Shown piece after piece: positions 10,670-29,647 of a DNA stretch of 53,179 nucleotides (its first letter is position 1; each line of letters opens with the position of its first letter). The translations under genes were made by a program, and so were the position numbers. The DNA comes from Acidimicrobiia bacterium (lineage in GTDB: Bacteria > Actinomycetota > Acidimicrobiia > IMCC26256 > PALSA-555). The notes below the pieces were generated by a model, which ran no database searches, was not told the origin of the DNA, and worked only from the letters and a program-made list of their open reading frames with translations. The DNA is taken from the NCBI GenBank assembly GCA_038904515.1, contig JBCKKA010000004.1, positions 1 to 53,179 on the forward strand, in the 5' to 3' direction.

Positions 10670-11082
10670 GACATGTCCTCCCGAGCCAGAAAACGAGCCT
10701 TGATCGGGAGTTTGTGAATTGCCAAACGAACCGCTTCTCGGGCGAGGTTCTCGGGAACACCAGAAATCTCGAACATCACGCGCCCGGGCTTAACAACTGC
10801 GACCCAATATTCGGGGTTACCTTTACCGGAGCCCATGCGGGTTTCAGCTGGCTTTTGGGTTACCGGTTTGTCGGGGAAAATATTAATCCACACTTTTCCA
10901 CCGCGCTTGATGTAGCGAGTCATGGCAATACGAGCCGCTTCTATCTGCCGGTTAGTAATCCAACCTGGCTCCAGCGCTTGAATACCGTAATCGCCGAAGG
11001 TCACTCGCGTGCCCCCCTTGGCCTCGCCGCGCATACGCCCGCGCTGCACCTTGCGGTGGCGAACTTTCTTAGGCATCAACAT
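10666..11082 (-). CDS. rplP: 50S ribosomal protein L16
   Basis: [20 protein letters not shown]. Confidence 0.97.
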   Translation of the reverse strand: MLMPKKVRHRKVQRGRMRGEAKGGTRVTFGDYGIQALEPGWITNRQIEAARIAMTRYIKRGGKVWINIFPDKPVTQKPAETRMGSGKGNPEYWVAVVKPGRVMFEISGVPENLAREAVRLAIHKLPIKARFLAREDMS

Positions 11083-11139
11083 CAGCGAATCTCCGAAGTG
11101 TCAATAGCCGCAACGCGACAATCGATTAAGCAATGCATG

Positions 11140-12060
11140 TCAATCCTCGTCCGCATGAAACTTGGGAGCCTCATGATGCTGGCGAGTGCGCCGCTCGATA
11201 TCTTCTTCTTCAGCCAACAAGCGCTCTAGTTCCGGATCGGCTTCTTTAACCAACGGAGTAGCTTCGAGGTCAATTTCGTCGCCGGTACCATCAGTGGATA
11301 TTTCAACCGTTTCCTCGTGCAAACGCCGTCCACCACCGGCACTAACCACTCGTCGCCGAGGCTGCGCTTCATCGCCAGTATCGCTTTCAACCGATTCGGC
11401 GTCGCGAGACTGCTCTTCGCTAACCGATTTGTAAGGAAGAATTTCACCTTTGTAAATCCATACCTTCACGCCGATACGCCCAAAAGTAGTTTTGGCTTCG
11501 GAAGCGCCGTAATCAATGTCAGCACGCAATGTATGCAATGGCACTCGGCCTTCGCGATACCACTCTTTGCGTGACATTTCCGCACCACCCAGACGACCAC
11601 CACACTGCACTCGAATACCAAGGGCGCCCGCTTTCATGGCGGTCTGGACCGCTCGCTTCATCGCCCGTCGGAAAGACACCCGACCGGCCAACTGATCGGC
11701 GACCCCTTGCGCGATAAGTACCGCGTCAAGTTCAGGTTGCTTAATTTCTTGGATATTGAACTGGATCTGAGCATTGCCGGTAATTTTGAAAAGTCCTTTG
11801 CGCAGCCGATCGGCTTCGGCACCACGCCGACCAATCACAATTCCAGGTCGCGCGGTGTAAACGTCTACCCGTAAACGGTCAGTAGTGCGCTCAATCTCAA
11901 CGCGCGAGACCGCGGCATGGGCAAGTTCGCGAGTTAAGTAATCGCGCACACGCCAGTCTTCAATCAAAAACTGCTTGTACTCTTTCTCCGCGAACCACCG
12001 AGATTTCCAGTCGGTGATAATCCCGAGGCGAAACCCGTAGGGGTTGACCTTCTGGCCCAT
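11140..12060 (-). CDS. rpsC: 30S ribosomal protein S3 with acidic C-terminal extension
   Basis: [26 protein letters not shown]. Confidence 0.97.
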   Translation of the reverse strand: MGQKVNPYGFRLGIITDWKSRWFAEKEYKQFLIEDWRVRDYLTRELAHAAVSRVEIERTTDRLRVDVYTARPGIVIGRRGAEADRLRKGLFKITGNAQIQFNIQEIKQPELDAVLIAQGVADQLAGRVSFRRAMKRAVQTAMKAGALGIRVQCGGRLGGAEMSRKEWYREGRVPLHTLRADIDYGASEAKTTFGRIGVKVWIYKGEILPYKSVSEEQSRDAESVESDTGDEAQPRRRVVSAGGGRRLHEETVEISTDGTGDEIDLEATPLVKEADPELERLLAEEEDIERRTRQHHEAPKFHADED

Positions 12061-12069
12061 AATCTTTCC

Positions 12070-12771
12070 CTATCCTTTTTCTGAAGTCGGCTTTTTGGCC
12101 GCCTTCTTGGTTGACTTAGTGGCAGTCTTCTTGGCCGTAGTTTTCTTGGCCGTAGTTTTCTTGGCCGCTTTTTTGGTGGTGTCGGTCTCAGTTTTCTTGG
12201 CCGTTGTTTTCGTGGCCGCTTTTTTGGTGGTGTCGGTCTCAGTTTTCTTGGCCGACTTACGGGTTGTTTTCTTAGCGGGCGCTTCGGCTATTTCAGCCTC
12301 TTCTACTTCCTGAACATCGGCCGGAACCGGACGACGAGTCGAGCGGCGACGAGCGGTGGGTTGCGTTCCGAATTCACGACGACGCTCAAGCTCTTCTTCG
12401 TCAAAACGGGCGACCGCAATAGTGATGTGACTGGTGCGCTTATTGATTCGACCCGCTCGTCCGCGTGCACGTGGGCGCCAGCGCTTCTGAATCGCGCCTT
12501 CATCAGCGTAAGCCCGCACGACAAATAATTCATCTTCAGGAACATTGTCATTATTTTCCGCGTTAGCCACCGCCGAGTTGAGCAACTTCTGGATTTCGTT
12601 AGAAACCGAACGCGGACAAAGATAAAGGGTGTCGCGCGCCAAACTGATATCGCGGCCAATAATTAACTTCAATACCGGGCGAATTTTTGTCGGTGAAGAA
12701 CGCAAGTAGCGCAGGTGCGCCACGGATTCACGAACTTCGGCGGTGGGCTCGAGCAGAGCAGATTTAGCCAT
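12070..12771 (-). CDS. rplV: 50S ribosomal protein L22 with Lys/Thr/Ala-rich repetitive tail
   Basis: SAVANAENN, RPRARGRA, KRTSHITI; tail of KKTTA/KKTETDTT repeats. Confidence 0.95.
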   Translation of the reverse strand: MAKSALLEPTAEVRESVAHLRYLRSSPTKIRPVLKLIIGRDISLARDTLYLCPRSVSNEIQKLLNSAVANAENNDNVPEDELFVVRAYADEGAIQKRWRPRARGRAGRINKRTSHITIAVARFDEEELERRREFGTQPTARRRSTRRPVPADVQEVEEAEIAEAPAKKTTRKSAKKTETDTTKKAATKTTAKKTETDTTKKAAKKTTAKKTTAKKTATKSTKKAAKKPTSEKG

Positions 12772-12773
12772 AT

Positions 12774-13052
12774 TTAACGACCTACCGACCGTTCTTGGCC
12801 CGCGTGGAATTTAAAGGTTCGAGTGGGAGCAAACTCGCCCAACTTATGTCCGACCATTGATTCACTGATGTAAACCGGAACATGCTTGCGCCCGTCGTGC
12901 ACACCGATCGTGTGACCAATCATGTCGGGAACAACGGTGGAGCGTCGCGACCAAGTCTTGATGACCTTACGGTCACCCGACGCGTTCATGGCTTCCACCT
13001 TCTTCGCCAGGTGGTCATCAACGAACGGACCTTTCTTCAAACTGCGGGGCAT
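12774..13052 (-). CDS. rpsS: 30S ribosomal protein S19
   Basis: [12 protein letters not shown]...[13 protein letters not shown]; start at the internal ATG. Confidence 0.97.
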   Translation of the reverse strand: MPRSLKKGPFVDDHLAKKVEAMNASGDRKVIKTWSRRSTVVPDMIGHTIGVHDGRKHVPVYISESMVGHKLGEFAPTRTFKFHAGQERSVGR

Positions 13053-13069
13053 GAAAAACCTTCCAACTG

Positions 13070-13906
13070 CTAACGACGGGAGCCGCGGTTGCGGCGTCGG
13101 CGAATAATCGACTGATCGGACTTCTTGCCTTTCTTGCGGGTGCGGCCTTCCGGCTTTCCCCACGGCGAAACGGGGTGACGACCACCCGAACTCTTACCCT
13201 CGCCACCACCAAGTGGATGGTCAACGGGGTTCATCGAAACTCCACGGTTGTGCGGACGCTTGCCTTTCCAACGATTGCGTCCCGCTTTACCAATTTTGAT
13301 CAAAGCGGCCTCTGCGTTACCCACCGAACCCACTGTGGCGCGACAGTCGATCGGCACTCGGCGCATTTCGGTAGAAGGCAAACGAAGAGTGGCGGAGTCG
13401 CCTTCTTTAGCGACAAGTTGGATGGCAGCACCGGCGCCGCGGCCCATCTTGGCGCCCGCGCCCGGCTTAAGTTCAACATTGTGAATCGTCGTACCTACCG
13501 GGATATAGCGCAATGGGAGTGCATTTCCAATACGAATCTCGGCACCCTGACCGCTCTGAATTGGATCGCCCACCGATAAATCAGCCGGGGCAATTATGTA
13601 ACGCTTTTCACCGTCGGCGTAATGAAGCAGTGCAATACGCGCGTTGCGGTTCGGGTCGTACTCAATAGTGGCCACTTTCGCGGGCACGCCATCTTTGTTG
13701 CGACGAAAGTCGATCGCGCGGTATTTCTGCTTATGACCGCCACCGCGATGACGAGAAGTCATGCGGCCGTAAGAGTTACGACCACCGGTCTTAGGTTTGG
13801 CCCGAGTTAGAGATTTTTCGGGGTGGTCGCGAGTGATTTCGGCAAAGTCCGAGACGGTCTGGAACCGCCGTCCAGGGCTAGTTGGTTTACGTTTTCTAAT
13901 ACCCAC
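13070..13906 (-). CDS. rplB: 50S ribosomal protein L2
   Basis: [25 protein letters not shown]. Confidence 0.98.
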   Translation of the reverse strand: MGIRKRKPTSPGRRFQTVSDFAEITRDHPEKSLTRAKPKTGGRNSYGRMTSRHRGGGHKQKYRAIDFRRNKDGVPAKVATIEYDPNRNARIALLHYADGEKRYIIAPADLSVGDPIQSGQGAEIRIGNALPLRYIPVGTTIHNVELKPGAGAKMGRGAGAAIQLVAKEGDSATLRLPSTEMRRVPIDCRATVGSVGNAEAALIKIGKAGRNRWKGKRPHNRGVSMNPVDHPLGGGEGKSSGGRHPVSPWGKPEGRTRKKGKKSDQSIIRRRRNRGSRR

Positions 13907-13908
13907 GA

Positions 13909-14202
13909 CTAACTCCCAAAGATTTCTATTTTGTCGCCCTCAGCCAAAGAAACGATGGCGCGCTTCTGGCCCGAGCGTTGAGCAAATCCACCAGTACGAC
14001 GATTGCGCTTGCGCTTACCCTTGCGCTTCATCGTGTTGATGTTGGTTACCTTGACGCCAAATATCTTCTCAATAGCCGAACGAATTTCAATCTTGTTGGC
14101 ATCGTCGGCAACTACGAATGTATAAACATTGTCGTCGTAGGCCGCGTAAGACTTCTCCGAAACCACCGGCCGAAGAATTACGTCGCGGGGATCGCGGTTC
14201 AT
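13909..14202 (-). CDS. rplW: 50S ribosomal protein L23
   Basis: PVVSEKS, ANKIEIR. Confidence 0.96.
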   Translation of the reverse strand: MNRDPRDVILRPVVSEKSYAAYDDNVYTFVVADDANKIEIRSAIEKIFGVKVTNINTMKRKGKRKRNRRTGGFAQRSGQKRAIVSLAEGDKIEIFGS

Positions 14203-14852
14203 GAAGCACTCCCCGAGAATTGGCTGACCGTAGCGGTCAGGGTGGCCGAGGAGAAAACAATCCAGTCGTTGACCAAGATGTCGTAGGGGTTTAATTCTTC
14301 GGGAATGGCGATCTGAACCCGAACACCCAGATTGCGGAACGATTTCCAGACCGCGTGTTCGGCTCGGTCGAGAACAATCAATACCCGCGGGCTGCGGGCA
14401 TCGGCCGGCCGTAAACCCAGTGCAGTAAGAATTTCGACACCCCGTTTGGTTGACGGCTCGTCAATTCCCCAAGCGTCGATAACTTTGATATGGCCATCGG
14501 CGGCGCGGTCGGATAATGCTCCGCACAACGCGGCCCGCACCATTTTCTTGGGCGTGCGCTGGCTGTAGTCACGCGGCTTCGGCCCGTGAGCAATACCACC
14601 ACCGCGCCATTGGGGTGAACGAATAGAACCTTGGCGCGCGCGTCCGGTTCCTTTTTGATTCCACGGCTTCGCGCCACCACCAGCTACTTCAGCCCGAGTC
14701 TTAGTGCTCGCCGTTCCCGAACGCTTGTGCGCCAACTGGGCAGTTACTACTTGGTGGATAAGCCCAATGTTGGGAGTCACGCCAAAAAGATCTTCAGGGA
14801 TTTCTACTGATCCGGTTTCACTACCGGTGACACCCGTTACTGCTACTTTCAT
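14199..14852 (-). CDS. rplD: 50S ribosomal protein L4
   Basis: [23 protein letters not shown]. Confidence 0.97.
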   Translation of the reverse strand: MKVAVTGVTGSETGSVEIPEDLFGVTPNIGLIHQVVTAQLAHKRSGTASTKTRAEVAGGGAKPWNQKGTGRARQGSIRSPQWRGGGIAHGPKPRDYSQRTPKKMVRAALCGALSDRAADGHIKVIDAWGIDEPSTKRGVEILTALGLRPADARSPRVLIVLDRAEHAVWKSFRNLGVRVQIAIPEELNPYDILVNDWIVFSSATLTATVSQFSGSAS

Positions 14853-15613
14853 TCGGTATCATCGCCCTCGGGAGTGGGGACTTCTTCTGCCACTACTTCT
14901 TCGGCCACTACTTCTTCCGCCACTACTTCTTCCGGGATTGGCTCGGGATCGTTACTCGGAGGGACAAACTCCACCACTGGGCCCTTAGCCGCGTTGCGAA
15001 TAAATACCAATCCCCCTTTTGGTCCGGGAACTGCGCCGCGCACTAACAAAAGTCCTCGCTCAACATCACCTTCGACTACTTCAAGATTTTGGGTGGTTAC
15101 TTTCACGGCACCGTGTTGTCCCGCCATGCGCATTCCCTTAAATACTCGGGCAGGAGTAGCACACGCGCCAATCGATCCGGGCGAACGGTGCTTGCGGTGA
15201 GTACCGTGACTGGCGCTAAGTCCTTTGAAGTTATGTCGCTGCATTACTCCGGTGAAGCCTTTACCTTTCGATATACCGGTAACATCAACTTTTTCTCCGG
15301 TACTAAATATATTGGCGCCAATTATTTGGCCCACTTCGTAACCCGAAAGATCGTCAACTCGAAGTTCGGCTAGATCGCGACTCGGCTCGGCGGAAGCTTT
15401 CGCGAGGTGGCCCAATTCCGGTTTAGAAAGCCGCTGCTCTTTAGTAGTACTGAATGACAATTGCACGGCGGAATAACCATCGCGTTCCGGAGTTTTTAAT
15501 TGCACAACTCGACACGGACCCGCTTGAATAACAGTCACTGGCACCACGCGGTTAGACGCGTCCCAGATTTGGGTCATACCGAGCTTGCGCCCGAGGATTC
15601 CCTTGACTGCCAT
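14849..15613 (-). CDS. rplC: 50S ribosomal protein L3 with (EEVVA)x3 acidic tail
   Basis: [27 protein letters not shown]; 15-bp repeat at 14880-14932. Confidence 0.97.
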   Translation of the reverse strand: MAVKGILGRKLGMTQIWDASNRVVPVTVIQAGPCRVVQLKTPERDGYSAVQLSFSTTKEQRLSKPELGHLAKASAEPSRDLAELRVDDLSGYEVGQIIGANIFSTGEKVDVTGISKGKGFTGVMQRHNFKGLSASHGTHRKHRSPGSIGACATPARVFKGMRMAGQHGAVKVTTQNLEVVEGDVERGLLLVRGAVPGPKGGLVFIRNAAKGPVVEFVPPSNDPEPIPEEVVAEEVVAEEVVAEEVPTPEGDDTE

Positions 15614-15659
15614 GATTTACCGTTCCTCTAGTTTGACGACGCTCCTGTCCCTGACGCGA

Positions 15660-15779
15660 ACGCTCCCCCGGCCCGGGGTCTTCCGAAGAGACCTGCGGTC
15701 CGGTGGAGCGTGCACTTTGGGCCACACGGTTCTGTAAACAGCCTGTGTGGACGTCGATTTGTATGAACTGATTAGGTTA
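15660..15779 (-). promoter_or_regulatory. Putative structured rplC 5' leader with upstream -10-like hexamer
   Basis: Long hairpin with C(UUCG)G loop at 15660-15711, second hairpin at 15722-15750, TAACCT at 15774-15779. Confidence 0.55.
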
Positions 15780-15821
15780 GCGGAGTAGGGCCGAGCCTCG
15801 CCAATGCGGGCTCTTATTTAA

Positions 15822-15837
15822 ATCCCGCGTACGGGAT
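15822..15837 (-). terminator. Possible terminator hairpin after rpsJ
   Basis: AUCCCG-UACG-CGGGAU followed by a short, weak U/A tract. Confidence 0.35.
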
Positions 15838-15856
15838 CCTTGATCAAAAACGCCGA

Positions 15857-15901
15857 CCCTAAACCTGCTGGCCCTAAACCTGCTGGCCCTAAACCTGCTG
15901 G
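15857..15901. repeat. Perfect 15-bp x3 repeat containing the rpsJ stop codon
   Basis: (CCCTAAACCTGCTGG)3; reads CAG CAG GTT TAG three times on the minus strand. Confidence 0.95.
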
Positions 15902-16215
15902 ATCTTGATTTCGATGAAAACTCCGGCGGGAAGGTCGAGGCGTTGTAAGGCCTCTACCGTCTGCCCAGTGGGCTCAACGATATCGAGCAGACGCTTATGG
16001 ATCCTCATTTCGAAGTGCTCACGGGAGTCTTTATCGACATGAGGCGAGCGCACCACACAAAAACGACGAATTTCGGTCGGCAAAGGCACTGGGCCTTTGA
16101 TTTTGGCCGAAGTCCGCATCACCGTCTCCACGATTTTCTTAGCCGACTGGTCAATGACCTCGTGGTCGTACGCCTTTAGGCGAATTCGAATCTTCTGTCC
16201 TTTCGCACTCGCCAT
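15889..16215 (-). CDS. rpsJ: 30S ribosomal protein S10
   Basis: [27 protein letters not shown]. Confidence 0.97.
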   Translation of the reverse strand: MASAKGQKIRIRLKAYDHEVIDQSAKKIVETVMRTSAKIKGPVPLPTEIRRFCVVRSPHVDKDSREHFEMRIHKRLLDIVEPTGQTVEALQRLDLPAGVFIEIKIQQV

Positions 16216-17426
16216 CGTCGTCGTCCTTTGACTATCGAACTACTTGAGGATCTTGACGACTCGACCGGCACCTACGGTGCGTCCACCCTCACGGATGGCG
16301 AAGCGGAGGCCGTCCTCCATGGCGATGGGAGCAATTAACTCCACCGTCATTTCGGTGTTGTCGCCGGGCATGACCATTTCGGTGCCCTTAGGCAATTCAA
16401 TGGAGCCGGTGATGTCGGTAGTGCGGAAATAGAACTGCGGTCGGTAGTTACCGAAGAACGGCGTGTGCCGACCACCTTCGTCTTTGGTCAATACATAGAC
16501 CTGAGCTTCAAAGTTGGTGTGGGGAGTAATCGAACCGGGCTTGGCTAATACCTGACCCCGCTCGACATCTTCTTTCTTAGTTCCCCGCAACAGTATGCCA
16601 ACGTTGTCACCGGCACGACCTTCGTCGAGAAGTTTGCGGAACATCTCCACTCCGGTGCAGACCGTCTTGGTGGTGTCGCGAATACCGACGATTTCGATTT
16701 CCTCGTTGATCTTAACGATGCCCCGCTCAACCCGACCGGTTACGACGGTGCCCCGACCAGTGATGGTGAAGACATCTTCGATAGGCATAAGGAAAGGCTT
16801 CTCAATCTCGCGCACCGGCTCAACGATGAACGAGTCGACGGCATCCATTAGTTCGACAATCTTGTCGCCCCATTCCGCGTCACCTTCAAGGGCGTTGAGC
16901 GCACTAACTCGAACGATGGGGACATTGTCGCCATCAAACTCATAAGCGTTGAGCAATTCACGCACTTCGAGCTCAACGAGTTCGAGAATTTCTTCATCGT
17001 CGACCATGTCGATCTTGTTAAGCGCTACCACTAGGTTCGGAACACCAACCTGGCGAGCCAACAGAACATGCTCACGAGTTTGCGGCATCGGACCATCAGT
17101 GGCGGCGACAACCAAAATCGCTCCGTCCATCTGCGCGGCACCCGTAATCATGTTCTTGATGTAGTCAGCGTGACCTGGGCAATCAACATGCGCGTAGTGA
17201 CGGTTCTCGGTTTCGTATTCCACGTGCGAAATTGAAATAGTGATACCGCGCTGCTTCTCTTCGGGCGCCTTGTCGATTTCATCGAAGGCAGTGAAGTTAG
17301 TGTTGGGGTTGCGAGTTGATAGCACCTTGGTAATGGCCGCGGTCAAGGTCGTCTTGCCGTGGTCAATGTGACCAATCGTGCCGATATTTAAATGCGGCTT
17401 GTTCCGCACGAACTTAGCCTTGGCCA
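16206..17426. repeat. Long direct repeat copy 1 (tuf, downstream spacer and 10 nt of rpsJ)
   Basis: Matches 32590-33810; one mismatch seen, at 16894/33278. Confidence 0.9.
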
Positions 17427-17427
17427 C
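16240..17427 (-). CDS. tuf: Elongation factor Tu (str-operon copy, GTG start)
   Basis: [18 protein letters not shown]. Confidence 0.98.
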   Translation of the reverse strand: MAKAKFVRNKPHLNIGTIGHIDHGKTTLTAAITKVLSTRNPNTNFTAFDEIDKAPEEKQRGITISISHVEYETENRHYAHVDCPGHADYIKNMITGAAQMDGAILVVAATDGPMPQTREHVLLARQVGVPNLVVALNKIDMVDDEEILELVELEVRELLNAYEFDGDNVPIVRVSALNALEGDAEWGDKIVELMDAVDSFIVEPVREIEKPFLMPIEDVFTITGRGTVVTGRVERGIVKINEEIEIVGIRDTTKTVCTGVEMFRKLLDEGRAGDNVGILLRGTKKEDVERGQVLAKPGSITPHTNFEAQVYVLTKDEGGRHTPFFGNYRPQFYFRTTDITGSIELPKGTEMVMPGDNTEMTVELIAPIAMEDGLRFAIREGGRTVGAGRVVKILK

Positions 17428-17491
17428 TTTATTGCCTCTCCTTGGTTGATTTACTGGTAATGGTGATTATGAACTTTTATTTACAGGTTGA

Positions 17492-19615
17492 CTATTCCCC
17501 GCGGACTCGGGCAATAATTTCTTCGGCGATCGACTTCGATACCGCTTGGTATGAGTCGAATTGCATGGTGTAGGTCGCTCGTCCCTGAGTCCGGGAACGG
17601 AGATCAGTAGCGTAGCCGAACATCTCTGCCAGCGGTACTTGAGCCGTGACAACGTGAGAAGTACCCCGTTGCTCCATGCCTTCAACTTTTCCTCGTCGAG
17701 ACGACAAGTCGCCAATGACATCGCCCATGTAGTTCTCGGGCGTTACCACTTCGACGGCCATAATTGGCTCCAGCAGTACGGGTTTGGCGCGGCGCACGGC
17801 TTCCTTAAACGCCATTGAGCCGGCAATTTTGAAGGCGATTTCGCTTGAGTCAACATCATGGTACGAACCGAAAGTCAAGATGGCTCTGATGTCAACCAAT
17901 GGATAGCCGGCCAGAACTCCGCCTTCCATCGCTTCACGAATTCCTTGGTTAACCGCGGGGATGTATTCACGCGGAATAACTCCGCCGGTGATCTGATCGA
18001 CAAATTCATAACCGCCACCGGGACCGGTTGGTTCCAGACTGAGCACCACGTGTCCGTACTGCCCGCGACCACCCGACTGACGCACATAGCGCTGTTCGAC
18101 TTTTTCGATCGATTGGGTGATGGTTTCGCGGTACGCCACTTGCGGCTTGCCGACATTGGCCACTACGGAGAATTCCCGCACCATGCGATCGACCAACACA
18201 TCGAGATGGAGCTCGCCCATTCCCGAAATAATTGTTTGGCCGGTCTCTTCATCGGAACGAACTTGGAAAGTCGGGTCTTCTTCCGAAAGCGCACTGAGTG
18301 CCTTAGACAATTTGTCCTGATCAATCTTGGTTTTTGGTTCGATCGCCACCGAAATAACCGGCTCAGGGAAAATCATTTTTTCAAGGACAATCGGATGAGC
18401 CGCGTCGCAAAGTGTGTCACCGGTCGTAGTGGTCTTAAGACCAACCGCAGCAACGATGTCGCCCGCGTATACGCCGTCTTTATCTTCACGGTGATTCGCG
18501 TGCATTTGCAGAATTCGCCCGACGCGTTCTTTTTTATCTTTAGTGGAGTTCAGTACCGAACTGCCGGCAGTGAGCGAGCCTGAGTAAACCCGAAAGTAAG
18601 TGAGCTTTCCAACATAGGGGTCACTCATAATTTTAAAGGCCAAGGCCGAGAACGACTCGTCGTCTTTTGCCAACCGCTCGGCGGGTTCACCAGTTTTCAT
18701 GTCGGCGCCCTGAACTGGGCGGATATCGACAGGGCTGGGAAGGTAGTCGATAACGGCGTCAAGTAAAGGCTGTACTCCTTTGTTCTTAAACGCACTACCA
18801 CACAAAATTGGGACGAGTTCTCCGGCCAAAGTCGCACTGCGCAGACCGGCACGCAGATCCGCGGCGGTAATTTCTTCCTCGCCAACATATTTTTCTAAGA
18901 CATTTTCGTCGAACTGACTTACAACATCGATTAACTCGTGGCGCCACCGCTCAACATCGGCCACGTATTCATCGGGAACTGGAAGGGTTTCAAAAGTTTC
19001 ACCCATATCATTATCCCAAATCAAAGCTTTTTGTTCAAGCAGATCGATAAGGCCAATAAATTCGGCTTCTGCCCCCATCGGTAGTTGTGTTACTGCCACG
19101 GTCGCGTCGAGGCGGTCTTTGATCATGTCAACACAGCGATAAAAATCGGCACCAGTGCGGTCCATTTTGTTAACAAAGCACATGCGAGGGACGCTGTATT
19201 TATTGGCTTGCCGCCATACGGTCTCAGTTTGGGGCTCTACTCCCGCCACCGCATCGAATACCGCCACCGCACCGTCGAGCACTCGCAATGACCGTTCGAC
19301 TTCAATCGTAAAATCTACGTGGCCGGGAGTGTCAATGATATTGATGATCGTGTCGCGCCATTCACAAGTAGTGGCCGCGCTGGTAATCGTGATGCCCCGC
19401 TCTTGCTCCTGAACCATCCAGTCCATAACCGCGGCACCTTCGTGTACTTCACCGATTTTGTAAGTCTTACCGGTGTAATAAAGAATGCGTTCGGTAGTAG
19501 TGGTTTTACCCGCGTCAATGTGCGCCATGATTCCGATGTTGCGCACTTGCGCCAACGGAGTCTCGCGAGCGGCCAGTTTTCCCTTGGCCTTGTTATCTTT
19601 CTCAGCAACTGCCAT
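17492..19615 (-). CDS. fusA: Elongation factor G
   Basis: [28 protein letters not shown]. Confidence 0.98.
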   Translation of the reverse strand: MAVAEKDNKAKGKLAARETPLAQVRNIGIMAHIDAGKTTTTERILYYTGKTYKIGEVHEGAAVMDWMVQEQERGITITSAATTCEWRDTIINIIDTPGHVDFTIEVERSLRVLDGAVAVFDAVAGVEPQTETVWRQANKYSVPRMCFVNKMDRTGADFYRCVDMIKDRLDATVAVTQLPMGAEAEFIGLIDLLEQKALIWDNDMGETFETLPVPDEYVADVERWRHELIDVVSQFDENVLEKYVGEEEITAADLRAGLRSATLAGELVPILCGSAFKNKGVQPLLDAVIDYLPSPVDIRPVQGADMKTGEPAERLAKDDESFSALAFKIMSDPYVGKLTYFRVYSGSLTAGSSVLNSTKDKKERVGRILQMHANHREDKDGVYAGDIVAAVGLKTTTTGDTLCDAAHPIVLEKMIFPEPVISVAIEPKTKIDQDKLSKALSALSEEDPTFQVRSDEETGQTIISGMGELHLDVLVDRMVREFSVVANVGKPQVAYRETITQSIEKVEQRYVRQSGGRGQYGHVVLSLEPTGPGGGYEFVDQITGGVIPREYIPAVNQGIREAMEGGVLAGYPLVDIRAILTFGSYHDVDSSEIAFKIAGSMAFKEAVRRAKPVLLEPIMAVEVVTPENYMGDVIGDLSSRRGKVEGMEQRGTSHVVTAQVPLAEMFGYATDLRSRTQGRATYTMQFDSYQAVSKSIAEEIIARVRGE

Positions 19616-19653
19616 TTCAGATTTTCTACTCTTTAATCTCTAATTAGAAGGGC

Positions 19654-20124
19654 TTACCACCGGTAATGGGCGAAAGCCTTGTTCGATTCGGCCATCTTTT
19701 GCAGATCTTCCTTGCGTTTCATGGCCGCACCAATGCCGTTACTGGCATCGAGTAATTCCGCGGCTAAACGACCGGCCATAGTTTTCTCGCGTCGCTGACG
19801 GGCGTAGCCCACGATCCAGCGCACCGCAAGAGTGGTCGCCCGACGAGGCCGAACCTCAACCGGAACCTGGTAGGTCGCGCCGCCGACTCGCCGACTACGA
19901 ACTTCAAGCGCAGGACGGACATTCTCCACCGCGCGCTTAAGTGTTACTACCGGATCTTCGCTGCTCTTACTTTCAATCTCACTTAGCGCGTCATATACCA
20001 ATCGCTCGGCGCGAGCACGCTTGCCTTTTTGAATCACTTTATTAACCAGCTGAGTGACTACTACTGATTTATAAACCGGATCGGGAACTAATTCACGACG
20101 AGGTGCGGGTCCTTTACGCGGCAC
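19654..20124 (-). CDS. rpsG: 30S ribosomal protein S7
   Basis: [21 protein letters not shown]. Confidence 0.98.
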   Translation of the reverse strand: MPRKGPAPRRELVPDPVYKSVVVTQLVNKVIQKGKRARAERLVYDALSEIESKSSEDPVVTLKRAVENVRPALEVRSRRVGGATYQVPVEVRPRRATTLAVRWIVGYARQRREKTMAGRLAAELLDASNGIGAAMKRKEDLQKMAESNKAFAHYRW

Positions 20125-20126
20125 GC

Positions 20127-20498
20127 TTATCCATCTCGCTTCGCGCCGTAGCGGCTGCGCGCTTGCTTACGGTCGGCAACGCCACTGGCGTCGAGCGCAC
20201 CCCGAATAATCTTGTAACGAACACCAGGAAGATCTTTAACTCGTCCACCGCGCACCAAAACAATTGAGTGCTCCTGCAGATTGTGGCCGATGCCGGGAAT
20301 GTAAGCAGTAATTTCTACCCCTGAAGTAAGGCGAACTCGAGCAACTTTACGCAGAGCCGAGTTCGGCTTCTTAGGCGTAGTGGTGTAGACGCGAGTGCAC
20401 ACTCCGCGTCGCTGCGGAGATCCTTTGAGCGCGGGAGTCTTTGACTTCTCCACCTTGCTCGAACGGCCTCGGCGGACCAACTGTTGGATAGTGGGCAC
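20127..20498 (-). CDS. rpsL: 30S ribosomal protein S12
   Basis: [21 protein letters not shown]. Confidence 0.98.
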   Translation of the reverse strand: MPTIQQLVRRGRSSKVEKSKTPALKGSPQRRGVCTRVYTTTPKKPNSALRKVARVRLTSGVEITAYIPGIGHNLQEHSIVLVRGGRVKDLPGVRYKIIRGALDASGVADRKQARSRYGAKRDG

Positions 20499-20553
20499 TG
20501 AACAACTTTCTCGTAATTAACGAATAAACACTTTGGAACGGTAAAGAATAGCC

Positions 20554-24657
<4,104 letters not shown>

Positions 24658-24711
24658 TACTTACCTCTTCCAAAAGTTCGTTAACTGCGAATAAATACCG
24701 GACTCAGTTGG

Positions 24712-28227
<3,516 letters not shown>

Positions 28228-28296
28228 ATTAATTCTCCTAGCAGGACGCGCGGGCAGATGGACTGAGGTATAACGAACGCAAGGTCGGAAAATCTG

Positions 28297-28305
28297 ATCT
28301 TAGCA
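28297..28305 (-). promoter_or_regulatory. Putative extended -10 element for rpoB
   Basis: TGcTAAGAT about 70 nt upstream of the rpoB start. Confidence 0.45.
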
Positions 28306-28398
28306 GACTAGCGGGTGTTAACCGCGTCTGCAAATACGCGTAAAAATCCAAGCCCCCCGAGAAGGAGCCAACGGGGGCACTTTAGACCACGACCCTAA

Positions 28399-28417
28399 GG
28401 AGGGTCAAGGACCCTCC
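28399..28417. terminator. Hairpin downstream of rplL
   Basis: GGAGGGTC-AAG-GACCCTCC inverted repeat; no clear U tract. Confidence 0.35.
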
Positions 28418-28457
28418 CATCAGGAGCGCGGCCGCAAGATCCCTTGCGAATTAGCGA

Positions 28458-28850
28458 TTACTTGAGTTCGACGGTGGCGCCGACACCTTCGAGAGCCGCT
28501 TTGGCCTTCTCGGCGTCTTCTTTCGACACCTTCTCGAGCACAGGCTTGGGCACACTATCGACCAGATCCTTGGCCTCTTTAAGACCGAGGGTGGTGAGAG
28601 AGCGAACCTCTTTAATCACTTGGATCTTGGCTCCGCCGGCTTCGGTGAGGATGACGTCGAACGCGTCTTGCTCGGCCGCGGCCGCTCCGCCACCGTCGCC
28701 ACCGCCCGCCGCGGGTGCGGCAGCCATAGCAACGGGAGCAGCTGCAGTTACGCCGAACTCCTCTTCAAAAGCCTTCAAGAACTCATTGAGTTCGAGAACA
28801 CTCATATTTTTGAATACGTCCAGAAGTTCTGGGGTGGTCATGGTGGCCAT
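28458..28850 (-). CDS. rplL: 50S ribosomal protein L7/L12
   Basis: [32 protein letters not shown]. Confidence 0.97.
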   Translation of the reverse strand: MATMTTPELLDVFKNMSVLELNEFLKAFEEEFGVTAAAPVAMAAAPAAGGGDGGGAAAAEQDAFDVILTEAGGAKIQVIKEVRSLTTLGLKEAKDLVDSVPKPVLEKVSKEDAEKAKAALEGVGATVELK

Positions 28851-28862
28851 TTGCTGTTCTCC

Positions 28863-29553
28863 TTAATTAGTTTCGGTACTGGCTTCGGTTTCGGTACTGG
28901 TTTCGGGTTCGGGTTCGGTTTCGGGTTCGGTTTCGGTTTCGGTACTGGTTTCGGGTTCGGTACTGGTTTCGGGTTCGGCTTCGGTTTCGGGAACGCCATC
29001 AGCCGCGGTACGAATATCGAGATACGCCTTAAGGCCATAAGCCATATTGCGAGTAAATGCTTGCAGCAATCCCGCGGTTTTGGTGAGGGGTGCCTGGAAA
29101 ACACCCGCGATCATGGCTAGCAACTCGACGCGCGGCGGCACCTTGGCCAATGCATTTACATCGGCGGCGGTTAAGAATTGGTCACCTAACAATCCACCTT
29201 TGATTACTAAGGCCGGGTTTTCAGCACCAAAGGTACGAAAAGCCTTGGCCGCTTCGACGGCGTCGCCGCGCACAAAAGCAAAGGCAGTAGGACCGCTGAG
29301 TAAAGGCAGCAATTCGGGCCGGCCGGCCGCTTCAACTGCAAGCCGAGCCAAGGTATTTTTGAAAACTTTGTATTCAGTATTAGCCCCCCCGCAACGACTG
29401 TCGCAGTTGGGCCAACTCCCCTACCGACAAACCGCGGTATTCACTCAATACCGCAGCATCCGACTCATTGAGCTTGACCCGGATCTCGTCAACCGCGGCG
29501 TTTTTACTCGCGCGGGATGCGGGCTCTGCTTTCGTTGATCCTTTGGTGTCCAT
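28863..29553 (-). CDS. rplJ: 50S ribosomal protein L10, split by an apparent +1 frameshift in a G7 run (29384-29390); acidic PETSTE repeat tail
   Basis: ATG 29553 gives MDTKG...[21 protein letters not shown]; removing one G joins it to [17 protein letters not shown]...; span is 691 nt = 3n+1. Confidence 0.9.
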
Positions 29554-29647
29554 ACTTCTCCTAGTTGAGCGGCCGTGGTGGTCACTCGCTTGATCAATTC
29601 ACTTTTTGACCGAAGCACCGCGACCACGCCTGCCCGACTAGTCGGAA

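Noticed and set aside
28863-29553. rplJ as a true pseudogene
   Set aside because: Only one lesion, in a homopolymer; both halves, the SD and the leader look intact
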